A stretch of DNA of 63,773 nt, counting the filler, from Lenisia limosa (Eukaryota > Protista > Breviatea): NCBI GenBank assembly GCA_001655205.1. It is 16 parts of 16 records of this genome, joined end to end, with 100 filler letters (N's around TTAATTAATTAA, not from the genome) between each part and the next. Parts side by side here need not be neighbours in the genome. Positions count along the whole stretch, not along the records: positions 45,091 to 55,406 come from LPNZ01007104.1; positions 55,507 to 57,463 come from LPNZ01005584.1; positions 57,564 to 58,937 come from LPNZ01007675.1; positions 59,038 to 60,777 come from LPNZ01010193.1; positions 60,878 to 62,313 come from LPNZ01004785.1; 11 more parts are not named here. The stretch is one strand, 5' to 3'. Below are positions 48,268-60,989 of this stretch, in pieces. The notes beneath the pieces are model-generated. The model was given only the letters and a program-made list of their open reading frames with translations, had not been told where the DNA came from and ran no database searches. Position 1 is the first letter of the stretch, and each line of letters starts with the position of its first letter. Position numbers and translations under genes: made by a program.

Positions 48268-49834
48268 ACCTCTCTTTTCTATATATTCAAAGTAGAATTA
48301 CAAGAGAAATACATTAGAAATCTTGCGAAACAAATAAATATTCTTACGAGGGTCGTCTTCGCATCTTCCCAGTTTTTATCATATAAATGTGTTTTGAGCC
48401 ATGTGGACAAATCCAAATCACCAAGCCAGGGGGGGGGTAAGGTAGTAATGGTATTTCATATTTGTGTGTTTTCTGTTTCTCGCGCCCGCGCTCGCCTCCC
48501 TTTTTTGCAACAATTTTGATGTGAATCGTTTGAATATTTGAATTTTTTTAATAAATGACTTTATTATTTTAATTGGAATAGCTGAGACAAGAGGAAACCC
48601 CGACTGTTATTTGAGGACAGAGATCCAAGCAGACATTGCAAATTGCAAGATCATGAAAGTGAAGTTGCCAACCAATCCACAGGTAGCTGCTTCACCGGTG
48701 ACATCAGACTCGCCCTTGAAGAATGCCAGTCCAAGGGTGTTGAGCTTGCAGCGGCGATGTGGACTGTTGAGAGATAAGGGTGACTTGCGTTTTCTCCGTG
48801 AGCTGAGCTGGGCTGCAAAGAATATATGTCGCTTCATATTATATATCGTAATGTGCTCACATTGTTGGAGGTTGGATGGAGGAATCTCAACATATATATT
48901 GTATGGATGGTGTGGGGTACCTCCTCAAAATGAGTTCAACACTGTTTTTTAAATGTATAACCTATTGATTATGTATTTATTTGTTTCCCTAGATTTTTAG
49001 TGTATACTATTTCTCTTGTTTTCAAAAACAACGAATATGGGAGGGTAATATTTTCTTTTTTATGAAGTTCATTCTTGCTATCGTTCCCAGGTTCTGATCC
49101 TTGGGATATATTAATTATAAACCTCATCATGTAGGCCATGGTGTTTCGCCTTCAATTGATAAACTGCAGAAGTCAATTGGCTATCTAAGTCCTCGTTTCC
49201 CAGGTGGGTGAGATTGTTTTTGGCTGACCTGACTTTTTATTTTATTTTCAAACCCGTTTCTCAGTAGTATCAGGCCAAAGCAGCTCATAAACATTTATAA
49301 GGGGAACTTAATCACCCCTCCATATTCACCATATACTGAGTGTAACTCATCTATTCCCAGATAAAAGAAGACCTCCAGAATTTGACACAGAGAAACCAGG
49401 CAAAGTTAATCAAAATCTGAAGGTTAGGTGAACGTTTGTTGCAATAAAATGAATGATGCAATACCGAATCGTTTAACAAAACAGTCGCGAATAGCAGCTC
49501 TTGAAAAGCTCCCACTTGATGGGCCAAGAAGCCCGTCCATTCCAGCTGGTCAATTGGATAAAACACAAACAGGTATGGTGTATCGTGAAATATAAAAATC
49601 ACGCTTCTAGACGAACCAAAGAAAGAACAGAGCAATCCTGCTGTTGCTTTGAAAAGCAGACCAAAACCTCCTGGGTTAATGGGGAATACTGTTTAATACA
49701 GATGAAACATGTTGCCTCCGGTTTTCATATCTTTCAGGAGGCGAAATAAAAGTCGCGCAACACCACCTACAGAAGTTGCACCAAAACAATCCCCAGTATC
49801 AGATGCGAAGGTAGGGTGGGGGGTGGGGTTCCTC

Positions 49835-49905
49835 TTCAGTAAAAAGACCGGTAAATTATCGATAATTTTCGACGATTTATCGATAAATTCAGTCTTTTTT
49901 CGAAG
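49835..49905. mobile_element. MITE family A, core only
   Basis: AAAAAGACCGGTAAATTATCGATAATTTTCGACGATTTATCGATAAATTCAGTCTTTTTTCGAA. Confidence 0.8.
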
Positions 49906-50139
49906 TTAAACTCTGGGGGGGGGGGTGACAGACACGTTAATAGGGGTATCAGTTGATGATTGATGGAAGGGGGTNNNNNNNNNNNNNNNNNNNNNNNNNN
50001 NNNNNNNNNNNNNNNNNNNNNNNNNNNNNNNNNNNNNNNNNNNNNNNNNNNNNNNNNNNNNNNNNNNNNNNNNNNNNNNNNNNNNNNNNNNNNNNNNNNN
50101 NNNNNNNNNNNNNNNNNNNNNNACTTGGCAGGCTGAACA

Positions 50140-53100
50140 GCGGAAGCGAATTGACGCCATTAGAAAGAGAACGTAAGAATCATAACATTTCTGCTTACCT
50201 GTGTAGTGCTGCCAGAGCTGCTGCAGCTCCCAATACGGTAAGCGCTACTGCTGGAATAATAGACTGCCAGGTTTCAACAAAGAGAGAAATATTGTATTTT
50301 TTTATTATATCATTGATTATATACAGTGAGTAAGTCTTGACCGCTCATAATTTCTCGAAGAAAATCGGTCAATACTTATCCCGGTCACTGTATATTGTCA
50401 GGATTGAGGTGTTTTATATCATTGCGTAGAAATACAGTACTCTCAATTAATGTTTTCTTTTGCTACTATGTATTGTGGTTAATATAGTGTCAATATTCTG
50501 CCTTGATCAATACTCTGCCTTGATCAATACTCTACCTTGATCACTCTGCCTTGATCAATCAGATACCCGATTCTCCTGACAAGGATGAAACGTACCCTGA
50601 AACCATCAAATCACTTGAAGAGGAAACATCAAGCATGAAGCAGACAATTTCCATATTGAGAGAAGAGAGTGACAGACACTCTCTGAAGATGGAATACTTT
50701 ATTGAAGAAACCGACAACTTGCTTTCCTCAGTAAATTTGAGAAAAGTTTTGGAAACTGAAGAGCTGCAAAGGGTCAAATCTATTCTTGAAGAATCCAACG
50801 CCAAGCTCCCTAGTGATGAGAAGCAATCGCAGTTTACCCTTCCTGCTTTGGATAAGAAACTATCCGCGTCTCTCAACTATCTCAAAGTCAAAATTTACGA
50901 GCTTCTTGTAGAGAACACTGGGATGAAATCCCAAATAGAAATGAAGGATATTCATCTACGTACTTCAGAGGAATCTTTAGAAAACCAGAAGAAGGTAGAA
51001 CTTGATTATCAGCAAAAACTTAAAGAGCTGACTAAGTCCCAAGAATTGGCTGATGTCCAAAATGTGGGGAGTTTTGAAACATATTTAAATGTTAACTTAT
51101 GGATTGTGTTAATAATCCAACTTTATCTCATATGTTTAGGAAGAGTCTATGCAGAAATACAACCAATTTGCCAAGACTGTTGAACAGGAAAGATTGGAAG
51201 CTGAGGAACTATCCACCCAAAACAAATCTCTTCAACAAAAGTTTTTATTTCTTCTCACCCTAGACTTGATGAACTCACCGCTCAAAACTCAAACCAGAAG
51301 AAGGTGGAACTTGAATACCAGCAACAAATTGAAGAACTGACAAAGTCGCAAGAATTAGCAAACCTCCAAAATGTGGGGTGTGTTGAAGTTTATTTTTTAG
51401 GAAAAGCTTGATACATCTCTCAGCTCTTTGGACGACTTGAATGAACGCTTCAATGCTTGTAATACAAAGCTCACAGTTGTTGATGGAAAGCTGGAAAAGA
51501 AGTCCCAAGAATGGTTGGGTATTGTCTCCTTCTCATCAATAGTTCAACCCTTAGGCAACACAATAATGAGCTTTGCCAACGACTTGATTCTGAAAATGCC
51601 GAATTCCAAAAGAAACTGGTGAATGGGGGAGGGGGGGGATGTTTCTGGCTTATTTATTCTTTTTGTAATCGACCAATAGTTGTGTGAAGAAAATGATACT
51701 TCGAGCCTACATATCATATACTTTCAGAGTTTCAATTTTAATCCGACCATATTCCTCATCTCTATATATTGTATTACACCATGAATGTTGATAGGACCTT
51801 TTGGTAAACTGGAAATCAATACCTTGTTATGACGTATTATTAATATTAAAATCAATTTATCGGTGTGTCAGATTATCTCATCTCTGTAGGAAGAGTCTAT
51901 GCAGAAGTATAACCAATTTGCCAAGACTGTTGAACAAGAAAGATTGGAAGCTGAGGAACTATCTACCCAAAGCAAGTCTCTTCAACAACAGTTTTCATTT
52001 CTTCTCACCCTAGACTTGATGAACTCACCGCTCAATACTCAAACCAGAAGAAGGTGGAACTTGAATACCAGCAACAAATTGAAGAACTGACAAAGTCGCA
52101 AGAATTAGCAAACCTCCAAAATGTGGGGGGTGTTGAAGTTTATTTTTTAGGAAAAGCTTGATACATCTCTCAGCTCTTTGGGCGACTTGAAAGAACGCTT
52201 CAATGCTTGTAATATAAAGCTCACAGTTGTTGATGGAAAGCTGGAAGAGAAGTCCCAAGAATGGTTGGCTATTGTCTCCTTCTCATCAATAGTTCAACCC
52301 TTAGGCAACACAATAATGAGCTTTGCCAANNNNNNNNNNTTTTTGGTAAACTGGAAATCAATACCTTGTTATGACGTATCGGTGTGTCAGATTATCTCAT
52401 CTCTGTAGGAAGAGTCTATGCAGAAGTACAACCAATTTGCCAAGACTGTTGAACAAGAAAGACTAGCATCTGAGGAACTATCCACCCAAAACAAATCCCT
52501 CCAACAAAAGTTTTCATTTCTTCTCACCCTAGACTTGATGAACTGACCGCTCAATACTCAAATCAGAAGAAGGTGGAACTTAAATATAAGCAACAGATTG
52601 AAGAACTAACAACTCAAATGGAAAAATCAAAGAAGCGATCTCTGGAACTGCAACCAGCTACTGACCAGCAAGTTTCCCAAGGTATGCATTAAGTGAATGT
52701 CAGCCCGTTCGCAATGATACAACTAATGACATTTTAGAAAGCAGACCCTCAGGTGCTTCAATGGAGGCTTCATCAGTAGGCGATACTGTAGTCAATATCC
52801 CTCAAAATGTGATAATAGACACTACATAACTTACTTTATTTCCCAATTCTACTTATTATACTGACGCACCCAGAGTTATAGGTATAATGATTAGCTTTTA
52901 TTACAAGTAGTTGTTATTTGCTATGCTATCAAACCCGACATTCGATTAACACGACAGAAAACAACTCAGCGTGAAGCAACACTCAAGAGGGAAAGAGACG
53001 CGCTCGCACGAAGGTTGGTGAAGGAGGCAGATTGCTGGACCATAGGTTATTTCACCTCCCATGTAACCCTTCTTTAGGTTAAGAAGAGAAGAATCGTGCC

Positions 53101-53400
53101 GTAAAAGGGAGGAAGAAAACAGAAAAAGGCTGGAAAGAGCAATTACAACTTTGGAGGATGAAGTGGTGGGCTTAATTTATATCGTAAGACGAACCATATA
53201 ATACAACCTTATATTCATAAATTCATAATGCATCTTGTTAAAATGGTTTTAACTTCTTTGTTGAGGGTTCTTCTTTTGCGTTCTCATGCAATTCTCATGC
53301 CAAACTAAGTTTGCAGGTTGTTTTCAAGGCCAAACTGAAGAATCTCCTTGGCCTTGTTGCAAGAAGGCGTCAGCACGATGGACCGCAAACCCCCAGCAAA
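50140..53400 (+). CDS. Coiled-coil protein with tandemly duplicated exon blocks
   Basis: A large E/K/L-rich exon at about 50560-51063 is followed by repeated exons (KSLCRNTTNLPRLLNR / LDELTAQNSNQKKVELEYQQQIEELTKSQEL). No family recognised. Confidence 0.65.
50324..50390. mobile_element. Tc1/mariner-type MITE (family F); degenerate copies at about 3201-3275 and 20358-20417
   Basis: TA|CAGTGAGTAAGTCTTGACCG...CGGTCAATACTTATCCCGGTCACTG|TA. Confidence 0.8.
50497..50559. repeat. Tandem repeat with an ~17-bp unit, (CTCTGCCTTGATCAATA)n
   Basis: About four copies. Confidence 0.85.
51125..52620 (+). repeat. Tandem segmental triplication (~750-bp unit including introns)
   Basis: GGAAGAGTCTATGCAGAA(A/G)TA(C/T)AACCAATTTGCCAAGACTGTTGAACA starts at about 51139, 51889 and 52408. 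Confidence 0.9.
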
Positions 53401-53995
53401 TCTTTTAGGTCTGACTATTTTATGGCAAACTTACTTTTTAGATCATCTGCATTATCTGTAGGGTCACCCTATTCCCCCAAGGATCTTTGAGCGAAGACAT
53501 TCTCATTTATTTATTTATTTATTTAAAATCACCTATCATTGTCAGCACATTTGTGCGCCAGAGGAGATAAAGTCATTTTCAATTTGATTTCGCAGGATCA
53601 CCGGTAACTTCTTTCGGGAGTGCTTTCAATAGTTAATGCTTCCCCGACCGGGTCCTTCATGTCCAAAGACTTGGACCACGGTTGGACCGGGCAAATTGAG
53701 GAGGCCCTGTCCCTTTTGAAAGCTCGCCGTTTTTGTTGTGTTGATTGCGACATTTCTATATCGACAATTTCATATTTATTTTTATTTCACTTGCTATATA
53801 TATCGACAATTTTCAACACTATACTTGAGACCTCATTATAAGAAAAGATCCATACGAACACCGAATACAACCACCGCAACTGTCATAACTCAAATGGAGG
53901 GAGTTAGAAGGTAAGGTCGAAGAGGTCGGGAGGACGAATGAGAGACCAACTGGGTACTGTTGAGCACTTTCAAAAAAGGATTCACCATGAGGGAG

Positions 53996-54120
53996 GCACA
54001 CAGAAAGCTGTGAACAGAGTTGTACATGATTGGGTGAATTAATGCTATTCTATAAATATCACTTATGCGTGATGGTGTGAACGGCTTTGGATACAACCTT
54101 GTTTTTTCATCTCTGCTAAT
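53996..54120 (+). repeat. Family B copy
   Basis: GGCACACAGAAAGCTGTG...GCGTGATGGTGTGAACGGCTTTGGATACAACCTTG. Confidence 0.85.
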
Positions 54121-54961
54121 ACAGAATCATCCAGACAAAATACCTCCCCATGATAAATTGGAGCAAAATAAATATCATCTATAAATTAATGAACATAATT
54201 AGTTGAACTGGACTGGACTTTAAAAGTCATTAACGTCAACAACCACTCTTCCTTGTACATCTCCTATATTTGTCAGTTGAGCAATGATGAGGATTTCAAT
54301 CGCAACATTTTTTTGGCTTGTCTAAAAATGTGGTGGCTCTTTAAAAAAACGTCTGTATTTGCAAAAATTAGCCTTTTTTAAAAAAATACCACTTTTATCA
54401 CTTTTGTTTTTTTAAAGTGAGAGTCCAATTAAATTTTTGTAACCTAGTTTATACGATTTGGGGCCTAGGGCGGACAAGGATCATTTTGAGTTTTATCGTT
54501 TCTGTGAGATTATAAGCTGAATTCCTTTAGGGCACAGTAATGTCTCTGTTTAACACCACTTTGCGAAATCACCATCTATATTAATGGAATGTAGCACTTT
54601 CTATGGGTTGAAAACTCTACGATTTGACCAATATTTCGGGAAAAGTTAATAACTTAATGTTTTCCAATTCTCTTGGAGTTGATTCAATATTCCACGCGAA
54701 AGCGGGCGAAATTCCAAAAAAATTACTTTCCCAATTTCAGTGGACTCCCGCTTTAACTACAGACGCTGCCACCCCCTTTTTTAGATGAAACATTTATTCG
54801 CTGAAATGAAGCCCTTACAAGCACTCTCTTGTCCCCCTCCCACCATCGATGAATTTGAGGGCAGTCTCCGCAGCATCATTCAGCCCAATCTTGGTGGTGA
54901 TCTTGTCGAGGTCGGAGGGAGAGATCAGTTCTGACGCAAGCTGGGGAAAGGGGTAAAATGA

Positions 54962-55056
54962 GGCCTTCACTTCGGTTCGAAAAAAGACTGAATTTCTCGA
55001 TTAATCTTCGAAAACTATCAATATTTTAATGGTCTTTTTTGCACTGAAGTGAAACC
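54962..55056. mobile_element. MITE family A, core in the opposite orientation
   Basis: GGCCTTCACTTCGGTTCGAAAAAAGACTGAATTTCTCG...CTGAAGTGAAACCC. Confidence 0.88.
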
Positions 55057-55174
55057 CGGTAAAATGAGGAAAATTGTCCTTATTCCTTTTAGTAACCCTC
55101 CAACCCAATGGAAACTGTCAGTTGTTCTTTTAAACCATCATATTAACTTATCCCCAACCCTCCATTCCTCTTTA

Positions 55175-55270
55175 GCGCTTCACTTCGGTTCGAAAACCAC
55201 CGGGGAAATATCGATAGTTTTCGAGGATTTATCGAGAAATTCAGTCATTTTTCGAACCGAAGTGAAGCGC
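55175..55270. mobile_element. MITE family A, best-preserved 96-bp copy, TA-flanked
   Basis: TA|GCGCTTCACTTCGGTTCGAAAA...TTTTCGAACCGAAGTGAAGCGC|TA, a perfect inverted repeat of 22 bp or more. Confidence 0.92.
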
Positions 55271-55756
55271 TATTCCTCTTCTCCACCCAATATCTCCCAA
55301 ATACCATACCTGCCAGATGTCTTCGCGCATTTCCATGGGGCAAGAAGCTGAGTCAATTCCATAGAGCACCACTCCCCTGAGGAGGAATGGCATGACATTC
55401 ATATTGNNNNNNNNNNNNNNNNNNNNNNNNNNNNNNNNNNNNNNNNNNNNTTAATTAATTAANNNNNNNNNNNNNNNNNNNNNNNNNNNNNNNNNNNNNN
55501 NNNNNNAGAAAAACAACCAGAGTTCCATAGTTACAATTAGGAGAAAAAAAAACCTTGAGGTAGTATTGCCTTCTCCTGGGTACATCAAGAAAACAAAAAA
55601 GACAAATTTGATATTGATTTAATTCAACCTTTTAATACAGTCTTATCTCAGCGGGGGGGGGGCGGGGGTGTTGTTGCTCGCTACCCAACTCAACAACTTC
55701 TTTCAAACTCCTCTACTCACATTCTCTTATTTTGCCAAAAAAATATTTAAAACCGT

Positions 55757-57180
55757 GTGGAGTACATCACAATCCTCAAACCGTCTGTTTCAACATTTCT
55801 TCATGCTCCTGTTCGATCGCGAGAACATCTACATCTTCATCTTCAAGGGGAACAATTTCCTCCATGGTATCGGCCTGAAAATGTTACCAACGCAAATTTA
55901 GAGCAGTTTAAAGATAGAGAGCAACCGAAGACTTACTATGTCGTCCTTGGGGACATAACTCCTGAAGACAAGACGCTAAATACGGTTACTTCCCGCCACA
56001 TTTCACTGAAACTACCCACCTTATCTTCTTCCGACATTGTGAAGTGGGATTTCCGTTAACAAGATAACTCAAAATTTAGATAAATGGGTTTAGTGAGTAA
56101 TCAGTCAGGATTTTCTATTATATACACTGAATTATAACCAACAAAAACAAAAGAGATCTGAAAAATAAAAAAAGTAATAATTTTAAACACAATACTTGCA
56201 TCTGTTACATTAACTTGCATTCCGTCTCTTCCGTTTCTGCCACTCCAAAAAATAACCCTCTTTAAGATCAGTTGGTGTTGATCTTGTTATTCATTTTAAT
56301 TAGATACCCCAAAAAAACAATTAAATCCAATAAACCTTAAGGAGTGAAATACTAAGTTGGAAACGATGACCTTTGTGGTTCTCTTCCACCTTTCTCTAAC
56401 CTCTGGAGAGAGAATTATCCTTAAAACCAATTTCCAGAGAGCACCTCATTCCATCGATGGTAATTTCCTTTTTTGCCTTGATCTTCTCAGAGCTCGTTCT
56501 TGGCATTGATCAGTCTGTTCCGGAGGATATCGACCTTGTTCCACATAATGACTTAAAGATGTGTGTGGTTGACCCAGGGACAGGTGATCGATATGAACTT
56601 GACACCGATGCTACCCTTATGGAGATCTATGACCTTATCAGCGTAAGTTTTCGTTTCTACTTAGGCCGCCCCCTGATTGTACTCTCCCATTCCGTTTTGT
56701 GGTCGTTTTTTCATATTTAAACTATATCTGGTTAAGCTGGACCGTTTCTGTCTTTATCTTCGTGTATACCATCATCAAGTCTCTCTTGACACCCCCTCTG
56801 ACCGATTTAGCACGATCGTATGGACCTGGAATACGCAGTTCCAACAAAGCTCGTGGCTTCTACCAACTTTTTGACCGATGATGTAAGCTTCAGTTATCTT
56901 CATTTATGATTACATTGAATGTTAGAAAGTTCATAGTCAGAGCATATCTCCCTTTAGTTTGACCCACACGCCCATAAGGATATCTTTAATACAACTTTTA
57001 CAATATATGCCTCTATGGCGTATGTTTACCCATACTTGGCTGTTCAGGACATAAGTTTACGCTGTCCTCTTTCTATAGTAGTACATTTTACTCACCCTTT
57101 AGGATCGCATCAACATGGCTATGATGACTATTGAGCGCTACAGTGTTGAGTGTGACGATCAACGAGACTTCCTGAGGGTA
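55757..57180 (+). CDS. Unknown protein exons
   Basis: Coding-like frames at 55757-56059, about 56490-56640 (ELVLGIDQSVPEDIDLVPHNDLKMCVVDPGTGDRYELDTD) and 56760-56874. Confidence 0.4.
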
Positions 57181-57968
57181 ATGGGGATGTTCTGGTTGCT
57201 GTTGCATGAACACACTTTCAATCGTTTGTGACGTAAAATTGCCGCAGCGTTTGCACAATCACTTCTGTTCGAATTATTACAGCACATTTGTACAAAAAAA
57301 ACGTCAATTTGGGTGTCACTGTCGCAAGAAGTCAGGTTTTATCACTCTTACAGAAGCTGAACAAAAACATCAAAGCACTCTATGAAGGTTTGAAGTGATA
57401 CCGGTTCTCACTCCGAATCAATTATATACTATATATATAGCGGAAACCGTGGACATGCATAAANNNNNNNNNNNNNNNNNNNNNNNNNNNNNNNNNNNNN
57501 NNNNNNNTTAATTAATTAANNNNNNNNNNNNNNNNNNNNNNNNNNNNNNNNNNNNNNNNNNNNCTTTTATATAATAAATAGTATGATATGTATATATTGG
57601 ATGACCACCCTAAGCAGGCCACAACTAATAATCCAAAGTCCCACCTTCATCTTTTTTGTGACAAACTCGGGTTTTGAAGCTCCGAAAGACAGCCACGACG
57701 CAGCCCCACCTAAATAATAATACTTAAAAAAAAATAGATTGGAATACACTAAATCTCTGCCAATTATTTCATAAATATAATTTTGAATTTTAAAGAGGAA
57801 AATCGCGTCACTCTGAAGTGGAGTTTCCTTGACAGTATGTGTCCCTTCAAATTACTGAATAGGGGGGGGGGGCGGTAAAGGCCAANNNNNNNNNNNNNNN
57901 NNNNNNNNNNNNNNNNNNNNNNNNNNNNNNNNNNNNNNNNNNNNNNNNNNNNNNNNNNNNNNNNNNNN

Positions 57969-58038
57969 ACTGAATTGTTCGATAATTCCTCGAAAACTAT
58001 CGATATTTTGCCGGTTTTTTCGAACCAAAGTGAAGCCC
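57969..58038. mobile_element. MITE family A, truncated by a gap
   Basis: ...CTATCGATATTTTGCCGGTTTTTTCGAACCAAAGTGAAGCCC. Confidence 0.85.
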
Positions 58039-58201
58039 TGTATGATCCCTAATACCTGTTTTACTGGATAGGGGGTCTTCCTCGTAAACAAAGGCATTTT
58101 GATAGGGAATCGCCTAAATAGTCGTGAGGTTGGGGGTATGGAGGGGTATAGTCTTCATTTGGTAGAAAATATGTAGTATTTGGAAGGAAGAACTCTGGGG
58201 A

Positions 58202-58323
58202 AGCACGCAGAAAACTATGTGCACAGAGTTGTAAGGCAAATAAAATTCAATATCTCTTATATTATACATAAGTGTGATGGCAATGGTCAGATACAACCTT
58301 GTTTTTTATTTCACATTGCTATA
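58202..58323 (+). repeat. Family B copy
   Basis: AGCACGCAGAAAACTATGTGCACAGAGTTGTAAGGCAAAT...CAGATACAACCTTG...ATTGCTATA. Confidence 0.85.
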
Positions 58324-60384
58324 ATTCGATAGTATAATATTGTACATGCTGTATCATATATATCATTCATTATATATTACAATATTATGTAGTAATAATA
58401 TGATATAATGTTTATATTATATCATGTACTATATAGCTGTATATACGATATATAAATTATCCATATATGGAAGGAAGAGGCCACTATATCCCCCCCCCCC
58501 NNNNNNNNNNNNNNNNNNNNNNNNNNNNNNNNNNNNNNNNNNNNNNNNNNNNNNNNNNNNNNNNNNNNNNNNNNNNNNNNNNNNNNNNNNNNNNNNNNNN
58601 NNNNNNNNNNNNNNNNNNNNNNNNNNNNNNNNNNNNNNNNNNNNNNNGCCTCAAAAGGAATTAAATTCAGGAATACTTGACTAAAAATACAAAAAGTGTA
58701 TTGGACAAGTCGATACAACGTCGTAAACCCTCACCATTGTGTAACCCGCAGTTTTCTGCAGTTTGTCCGCCATTTCTAAATCCGTAAAAGCAGTCGCAAC
58801 ACCCCTACCCACAAATAAATATGTGTTTACATATATACATATCATATACTATATCATATCATATATACTATATATATTAGAGTCCAGAAATGTGATATTT
58901 TTTGGAAATGTGATATTTTTTCAAAAAAATGATTTTCNNNNNNNNNNNNNNNNNNNNNNNNNNNNNNNNNNNNNNNNNNNNTTAATTAATTAANNNNNNN
59001 NNNNNNNNNNNNNNNNNNNNNNNNNNNNNNNNNNNNNGGGGGTATTAGTAGGGCTCCGTGCGATGAATAGACAAATTAATTTCAAAATTTGAAGTCGGAC
59101 ATATTATAACCCTATTTTGTGAATCAATTTGTTCAAACAATAATTGCACAGAGTCATATAATGGGGAGAACATCACATCTGGTGCACTCGGAATTCAGTC
59201 AATATATTTTGAATATTGTCTAAATTCGTAAATCTAACTTCGAAAATTAGATCGAAATATACCGATATTGAATGTCATTTCAAAACACAATTGGCACAAT
59301 TGCGCTTAGAATAAAAAAAAATAGGCAGTGGATATATTTGTTTAGATTGAGAGTTTAAGTCCTCTTCCTACGCTATTCTCGGCTTTTGTTGTCTCAAGAT
59401 ATCTAATTAAAGATAGGTGTACCGCTAGTGTCGTTTGAAATAGAGCTTTTACATTATACTGAGACAGTGATCATATCGCTTTTCCATTTTTTGACCGAAG
59501 CACAAAGACGTCACTTGCGTTATATATCATATGATATAATAGTATAGGTTGGTGTTTAAAACCGCGAACATGATTAAAACCGCGAACAAGCCAAAAATCG
59601 ACATAAATCGCTTTAATAACACCCTTTTTAGTGTGAGATTCGGCAGTTTTGAGTACTTATTATTCACAGTCAACCAACAATCCGATTTGCTCTTCAGAGG
59701 CATGACTGAGCTTTCGAAGCATCTGGAGCAATAGTAGGCACAAACCACATATTCTATCTGTCTCAGAAACACTTGTGATATTTAAATTCTTACCCCTAAT
59801 TTCATACAAATTTTGACTCTTTCGTGAGGGCCTAGATCTTGAAACAAAGCTGGAAAAGACATCTGCCCTCTCAGGCTCCAATCTATTCAGTGATGGTATG
59901 TTAGACACACTCACAAATATCATAACGTCTCATATTTGTAGAAAGAAGGTTTTGGTCCTGTATCCCACAGAAAGGAAACACGAATAACTTGTGCGGCACA
60001 AAAAGACGCCCGGAAGTCAGAGACCGAAGTTTGTTGCAGCTCATGTTCCCAGTTGTTCTTTTTTTAGAAAATATTCTTCAAAGATGTGTTGCAGAACTGG
60101 GACCTATGTACCAAGAAAATGTATAGTTTTCTTCCAATGGTGTTCTTATTGTCAGCTTTCTTTTCTCAGAAACCTTACCCTTGTTCTTTAGCCAAAATGT
60201 AGGGGGNNNNNNNNNNNNNNNNNNNNNNNNNNNNNNNNNNNNNNNNNNNNNNNNNNNNNNNNNNNNNNNNNNNNNNNNNNNNAAGCCCTATTACCCACTT
60301 CCAATAGAGATTGAGGCTCGGGAGTAGCCAACTGAGTCTTTGAAGAGAGGTGGTTCCTTAAGGTAATATGAACTTGGGAATGCG

Positions 60385-60462
60385 TATAGCAATGAGAAAT
60401 AAAAAAAATAAGGTTGTATCTGGCTGAGCCGTCCACGCTTATAAGAGATATTGGATTCTAAT
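60385..60462 (-). repeat. Family B, 3' half
   Basis: TATAGCAATG...AAGGTTGTATCTGGCTGAGCCGTCCACGCTTATAAGAGATATTGGAT. Confidence 0.85.
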
Positions 60463-60514
60463 TGTGGTAACATGAACTTGGGGTTGTTAATGGTGGTAAC
60501 ATGAATATTCATTA

Positions 60515-60570
60515 GGGCTTCACTTCGGTTCGAAAAAAGACCGGTAAAATATCTAACCAAAGTGAAGCCC
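60515..60570. mobile_element. MITE family A, internally deleted
   Basis: TA|GGGCTTCACTTCGGTTCGAAAAAAGACCGGTAAAATATCTAACCAAAGTGAAGCCC. Confidence 0.88.
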
Positions 60571-60989
60571 GAGTGGCCATAAAACAGAAGAATAGTCTCC
60601 ATGTTTTAAGGTAATTAGATGAATAAGGTTTTTTTAAAATCAACTTCTTAAAATTAATAACATCATCACCACCATCATAAAATCACCCTTCCCCCCCTCA
60701 CATTGCCACTACTCGAGCTTTCTGTGGGAGGGGTAGCCACCATCTCTCTCACTGCCGGCGTCTTTTTTAAGCGGATANNNNNNNNNNNNNNNNNNNNNNN
60801 NNNNNNNNNNNNNNNNNNNNNTTAATTAATTAANNNNNNNNNNNNNNNNNNNNNNNNNNNNNNNNNNNNNNNNNNNNTAGACGAGCATCCCTGGGGGTGA
60901 GATGAGCAATATTGGCATTGAGTAAATGAAAAGAATTTTTAATTTATCAACTCACGTAACCGCCATTTCACAACTTATTACATAATTTC

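Noticed and set aside
10206-60570. MITE A palindromes read as CRISPR repeats, REP elements or attC sites
   Set aside because: The copies are dispersed singly in eukaryotic introns and intergenic DNA. There is no regular repeat-spacer array, and no cas, integrase or other prokaryotic gene.
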